A DNA stretch of 20,440 nucleotides from Pseudothermotoga sp. (GTDB lineage: Bacteria > Thermotogota > Thermotogae > Thermotogales > DSM-5069). Below are positions 17,160 through 20,440 of the stretch, one piece after another; within the stretch, counting starts at the first letter, position 1; the number at the start of each line of letters is the position of its first letter. The notes beneath the pieces are model-generated. The model did no database searches. It was not told the origin of the DNA and saw only the letters and a program-made list of their open reading frames with translations. The stretch is from positions 1 through 20,440 of the forward strand of contig JBEPZZ010000031.1 in the NCBI GenBank assembly GCA_041640575.1. Reading direction: 5' to 3'. The position numbers and the translations under genes are program-made.

Positions 17160-18173
17160 ATGGAAAAGATCATTGACAGAATAATTGAAAGTGCGATTGG
17201 GAAAATATATCCTGGAGCAACCTTATTAGTGGGAAGACCTGGGGAAATTATCTACCAGCAAGCTTATGGGACACTGGATGGCAGCAAAGCAACAAGGATT
17301 GATACTGTTTATGACCTTGCCAGTGTAACAAAAGTCGTTGCAACTACTACCGCTGTGATGAGGCTTTTTTCCGAAGGATATCTACAGCTGAATGATACCA
17401 TTGGAAGGTTTTTACCAGTAGAAGGTCCAAAAAAGGATATAGCCATCCTTCAACTCTTGACTCATACATCTGGAATTCAACCTTACTCGGATCTTTGGAA
17501 GATTTTTAGGGGTAAGAAGTTGCTTGAAGAGATAATAAAAATCCAGCCAATTGATCAACCTGGAAGGAGGATAGTCTATTCTTGCTTAAATTTCATAACT
17601 CTAATGGCTATCGTAGAAAAAATAACTTCCCAAAGTTTTGATCAGTTTGTTTATTCAATTTTTGAACCACTTGGTATGAAGGACACTAGGTTTTCTCCGG
17701 GAGAGCACGAAAATATAGCTCCAACCTCCGAAAGAGATGGAAAAAGACTGGTTGGTTTGCCTGATGATGAGCTTGCTTATTATCTTGGTGGAGTTAGTGG
17801 CAATGCTGGATTGTTCAGCAATGTTTTGGATCTTTTCAAATTTATGACAGCTTTACTTGAAGGGCGGATTGTCCCTAAGAATGTTGTAAAACTTTTCACA
17901 CAAAAGATTGTTCAGGCAGAAAACGGTAAAAGACACCTTGGCTGGATGTGCCCAGAAAGTGGAGGAAGTTGTGGAGATATGCTTTCCGAAAAAGGATTTG
18001 GGCACAGTGGTTTTACAGGTACGACAATTTGGTGCCGCGAAGATGGTTTGTTTGTAATTTTCCTAACCAACAAAGGATTTATAAAGAGGCACGAAGAAGA
18101 AATCATGAGAATCAGAGCTTTATTACATAACGTAGTGTTCGGAGGTGTGGAATGTTCTGGACCGATCTTTTAA
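17160..18173 (+). CDS. Cytoplasmic serine hydrolase, beta-lactamase class C/AmiE-like fold
   Basis: SxxK motif YDLASVTK, LLTHTSG, YS(C)LN, PLGM, GNAGLFS and GHSGFTG. No signal peptide. Confidence 0.9.
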   Translation: MEKIIDRIIESAIGKIYPGATLLVGRPGEIIYQQAYGTLDGSKATRIDTVYDLASVTKVVATTTAVMRLFSEGYLQLNDTIGRFLPVEGPKKDIAILQLLTHTSGIQPYSDLWKIFRGKKLLEEIIKIQPIDQPGRRIVYSCLNFITLMAIVEKITSQSFDQFVYSIFEPLGMKDTRFSPGEHENIAPTSERDGKRLVGLPDDELAYYLGGVSGNAGLFSNVLDLFKFMTALLEGRIVPKNVVKLFTQKIVQAENGKRHLGWMCPESGGSCGDMLSEKGFGHSGFTGTTIWCREDGLFVIFLTNKGFIKRHEEEIMRIRALLHNVVFGGVECSGPIF

Positions 18174-19246
18174 AATTGGCAAGCAAAAAAGAAAGAGTTA
18201 TTATGGGTTTAATGTCCGGTACTTCAGCTGATGGTTTGGATATAGCTATTGCTAAGTTTACAGGATATGCAAGAAATTCATCTTTTCACCTGGTAAGTTT
18301 TCATTCGGTTCCTTACCCGTCAGAAGTTAGAAGCAAAATCATTGATCTTTATGATCCAGCCAAGTCTTCTGTGAAAGATGTTTGTCTTATGAACTTTGAA
18401 ATAGCAAGAATTCATGCAAAAATGATCAAAAACTTCTGTAAGGGTGTTGATTTGATAGCCTACCATGGGCAGACAGTTTATCATATGCCTAATGAAGGCG
18501 CAACGTTGCAGATTGGTGAAGCCGATGTCATTGCTGTTGAAACTGGTGTCTATGTGGTTCATTCCCTGAGAACAAAAGATGTTGCACTCAAAGGGCAAGG
18601 TGCTCCGATTACTGCCTATTTTGATTGGGCCTTTTTCCGAAAACCAAATTCAGTAGTACTAAACATAGGTGGTATAGCGAATGTGACTTTTACTAATGAG
18701 CCTGTTATAGCCTTTGATACTGGCCCCGGTAATTGTCTGATAGATCTTTACGTCAAAGAAAATTTTGGGATGGAGTACGATAATGAAGGGAAACTAGCCG
18801 CAAAAGGCAAAATTGATGAAGAGATTTTGAATAAGTTGATAGAAAAAGATCGGGCTTATTTGGAGAAGAGACCACCGAAGACCACAGGAAGAGAATGGTA
18901 CAACATACATTTCATTGCAGACTTACCAGCTAAGGATCTTGATGTTCTCAGAACTCTCACCTATTTTACATCTTGGTCGATTCATCAAAATGTTAGAAGA
19001 TATCTTGGAAAGATTGAGAGGATCTATGCTTTTGGTGGAGGAGCTTTGAACAAGGTGATCATGAACGATTTGAGGAGTTTTGGCTACAAAGTATTGATAC
19101 CAAATAAAACTTTGGCAAAGGCACGTGAAGCTTTAGCGATAGCATTGCTTGCAAATGATTTCCTAGCTGGTTTAGCCACCAATATAGTTACGGTAACAGG
19201 AGCAAGCCGACCATGTGTTTTAGGAAAGTTATCTACGCCATGGTAA
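18152..19246 (+). CDS. anmK: Anhydro-N-acetylmuramic acid kinase
   Basis: GLMSGTSADGLD, HGQTVYH, TLQIG, GQGAPI, LNIGGIAN, FDTGPGN, PPKTTGRE and GGGALN. SD GGAGGTG at 18141-18147. Confidence 0.96.
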   Translation: MFWTDLLKLASKKERVIMGLMSGTSADGLDIAIAKFTGYARNSSFHLVSFHSVPYPSEVRSKIIDLYDPAKSSVKDVCLMNFEIARIHAKMIKNFCKGVDLIAYHGQTVYHMPNEGATLQIGEADVIAVETGVYVVHSLRTKDVALKGQGAPITAYFDWAFFRKPNSVVLNIGGIANVTFTNEPVIAFDTGPGNCLIDLYVKENFGMEYDNEGKLAAKGKIDEEILNKLIEKDRAYLEKRPPKTTGREWYNIHFIADLPAKDLDVLRTLTYFTSWSIHQNVRRYLGKIERIYAFGGGALNKVIMNDLRSFGYKVLIPNKTLAKAREALAIALLANDFLAGLATNIVTVTGASRPCVLGKLSTPW

Positions 19247-19358
19247 CTGTGAAAAAAAATCATTGACTATCTTTTCATTTATAGAACTCTGCTAAGTAAA
19301 TTTCAGGCAATTGGGTTAAAAGCTATAAGAAATTTTGGAAATTTTTTCCATCTGACAC

Positions 19359-19387
19359 TTGAGATTTCTTGCGTTTTGTTGTAAGAT
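19359..19387 (+). promoter_or_regulatory. Putative promoter for tRNA-Ser (and fba)
   Basis: TTGAGA (19359-19364), 17-nt spacer, TAAGAT (19382-19387), ending 6 nt before the tRNA 5' end. Confidence 0.55.
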
Positions 19388-19393
19388 AAATCC

Positions 19394-19483
19394 GGAGGCG
19401 TGTCCGAATAGGCTAAGGAGCCGGTCTTGAAAATCGGTGGGAGTGATACTCCCTTGTGGGTTCGAGTCCCACCGCCTCCGCCA
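19394..19483 (+). tRNA. tRNA-Ser (anticodon TGA)
   Basis: 90 nt. Acceptor GGAGGCG/CGCCTCC, anticodon arm CCGGT-CTTGAAA-ATCGG, long variable arm GGGAGT-GAT-ACTCCC, GGTTCGAGTCC, G discriminator plus CCA. Confidence 0.98.
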
Positions 19484-19516
19484 GTTTCTTATTCCACATT
19501 TTGGGAGGTCTTACAA

Positions 19517-20440
19517 ATGCCACTTGTAAGTCCAAAAGAGATGTTCAAAAAAGCTTACGGTAAATACGCTATAGGCGCTTTCAACGTAAACAACATGGAA
19601 ATCCTTCAAGGAGTTATAGAAGCTGCAAAAGAGGAGAAGGCTCCCTTGATTCTGCAGATCTCAGCAGGTGCGAGAAAATACGCAAAACAGGTTTATCTTA
19701 TGAAACTCATTGAAGCGGCCTTGCAAGATGCCCCAGATATTCCAATTGCGGTGCACCTTGATCATGGAGATTCTTTTGACCTTTGTAAAGCTGTTATTGA
19801 TGCTGGTTTTAATTCTGTTATGATTGATGGCTCACACTTACCTTTTGAAGAAAACGTGAAACTTACTAAGCAAGTGGTAGATTATGCTCATCCGCGTGGC
19901 GTAGTAGTCGAAGGTGAACTTGGAAGGCTGGTTGGGGTCGAAGAACACGTTGTTGTTGCAGAACACGAGGCAATTTACACAGATCCAGAAAAAGCTGTTG
20001 AATTTGTCGAGAGAACAGGTGTTGATTCTCTAGCGATAGCTATTGGGACAAGCCACGGAGCTTACAAATTCAAAGGTGAGCCAAAACTTGATTTTGAGAG
20101 GTTACAAGAAATTGCCAAACGCTTACCTGGATTTCCACTGGTTTTACACGGAGCATCGAGTGTTTTGAGTGAATATGTTGAGAAAGCAAATAAATATGGT
20201 GGAAAGTTGACCGGAGCTCAAGGTGTACCTGAGGAAATGATACGAAAGGCAACTACAATGGGGATCTGCAAGGTGAATATCGATACTGACCTTAGATTAG
20301 CTGTTACAGCGTCGATCAGAGAAGTTTTTGCCACTAAGCCAGAGGAATTTGATCCAAGAAAATACTTAGGTCCAGCAAGAGATGCTGTCAAAGAAGTCGT
20401 TAAGCATAAAATGAGATACGTTCTGGGTTGCAGCGGTCAG
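19517..20440 (+). CDS. fba: Class II fructose-1,6-bisphosphate aldolase, 3'-truncated and absent from the ORF track
   Basis: Manual translation: MPLVSPKEMFKKAYGKYAIGAFNVNN...HLDHG...SVMIDGS...VEGELG...GTSHGAYK...LVLHGASS...KVNIDTD...FDPRKYL. SD GGGAGG upstream. No stop before the window end. Confidence 0.97.
   Translation, partial: MPLVSPKEMFKKAYGKYAIGAFNVNNMEILQGVIEAAKEEKAPLILQISAGARKYAKQVYLMKLIEAALQDAPDIPIAVHLDHGDSFDLCKAVIDAGFNSVMIDGSHLPFEENVKLTKQVVDYAHPRGVVVEGELGRLVGVEEHVVVAEHEAIYTDPEKAVEFVERTGVDSLAIAIGTSHGAYKFKGEPKLDFERLQEIAKRLPGFPLVLHGASSVLSEYVEKANKYGGKLTGAQGVPEEMIRKATTMGICKVNIDTDLRLAVTASIREVFATKPEEFDPRKYLGPARDAVKEVVKHKMRYVLGCSGQ

Noticed and set aside
17160..18173. Antibiotic-resistance beta-lactamase
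   Set aside because: No signal peptide, and YSC/HSG instead of the AmpC YxN/KTG motifs. The context points to cell-wall metabolism.
9012..19393. Genomic island bounded by tRNA-Pro and tRNA-Ser
   Set aside because: No integrase or transposase, no duplicated tRNA 3' end (att) was seen, and SD usage and composition look like the flanks.

Overview
Gene-dense bacterial chromosomal segment, most likely from a Thermotogae genome. This is an inference from the dnaK-hsp20 operon layout, the DnaK C-terminus, the non-lipoprotein family-5 binding protein and strong GGAGGTGA ribosome-binding sites. Left to right: (1) a chaperone operon with the 3' part of dnaK, hsp20 and a two-AAA Hsp100/Clp ATPase; (2) an ammonia-type NAD synthetase; (3) a minus-strand MarR plus heterodimeric ABC exporter operon with a perfect 35-bp double-palindrome operator; (4) tRNA-Pro(TGG); (5) a secreted 7-repeat beta-propeller protein; (6) a divergent locus with a BadF/MurK-like amino-sugar kinase facing an Opp/Dpp-type ABC importer, a cytoplasmic beta-lactamase-fold serine hydrolase and anmK; (7) tRNA-Ser(TGA); (8) class II fructose-bisphosphate aldolase, truncated at the window edge. 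The best candidates for undescribed biology are three. Locus (6) reads as an ABC-importer-based peptidoglycan/muropeptide recycling system. The Hsp100 lacks both the middle domain and the ClpP-docking loop despite sitting in the dnaK operon. A 10-bp-phased TTCTC repeat array lies just upstream of the importer promoter. No mobile element, integrase or CRISPR array was seen.
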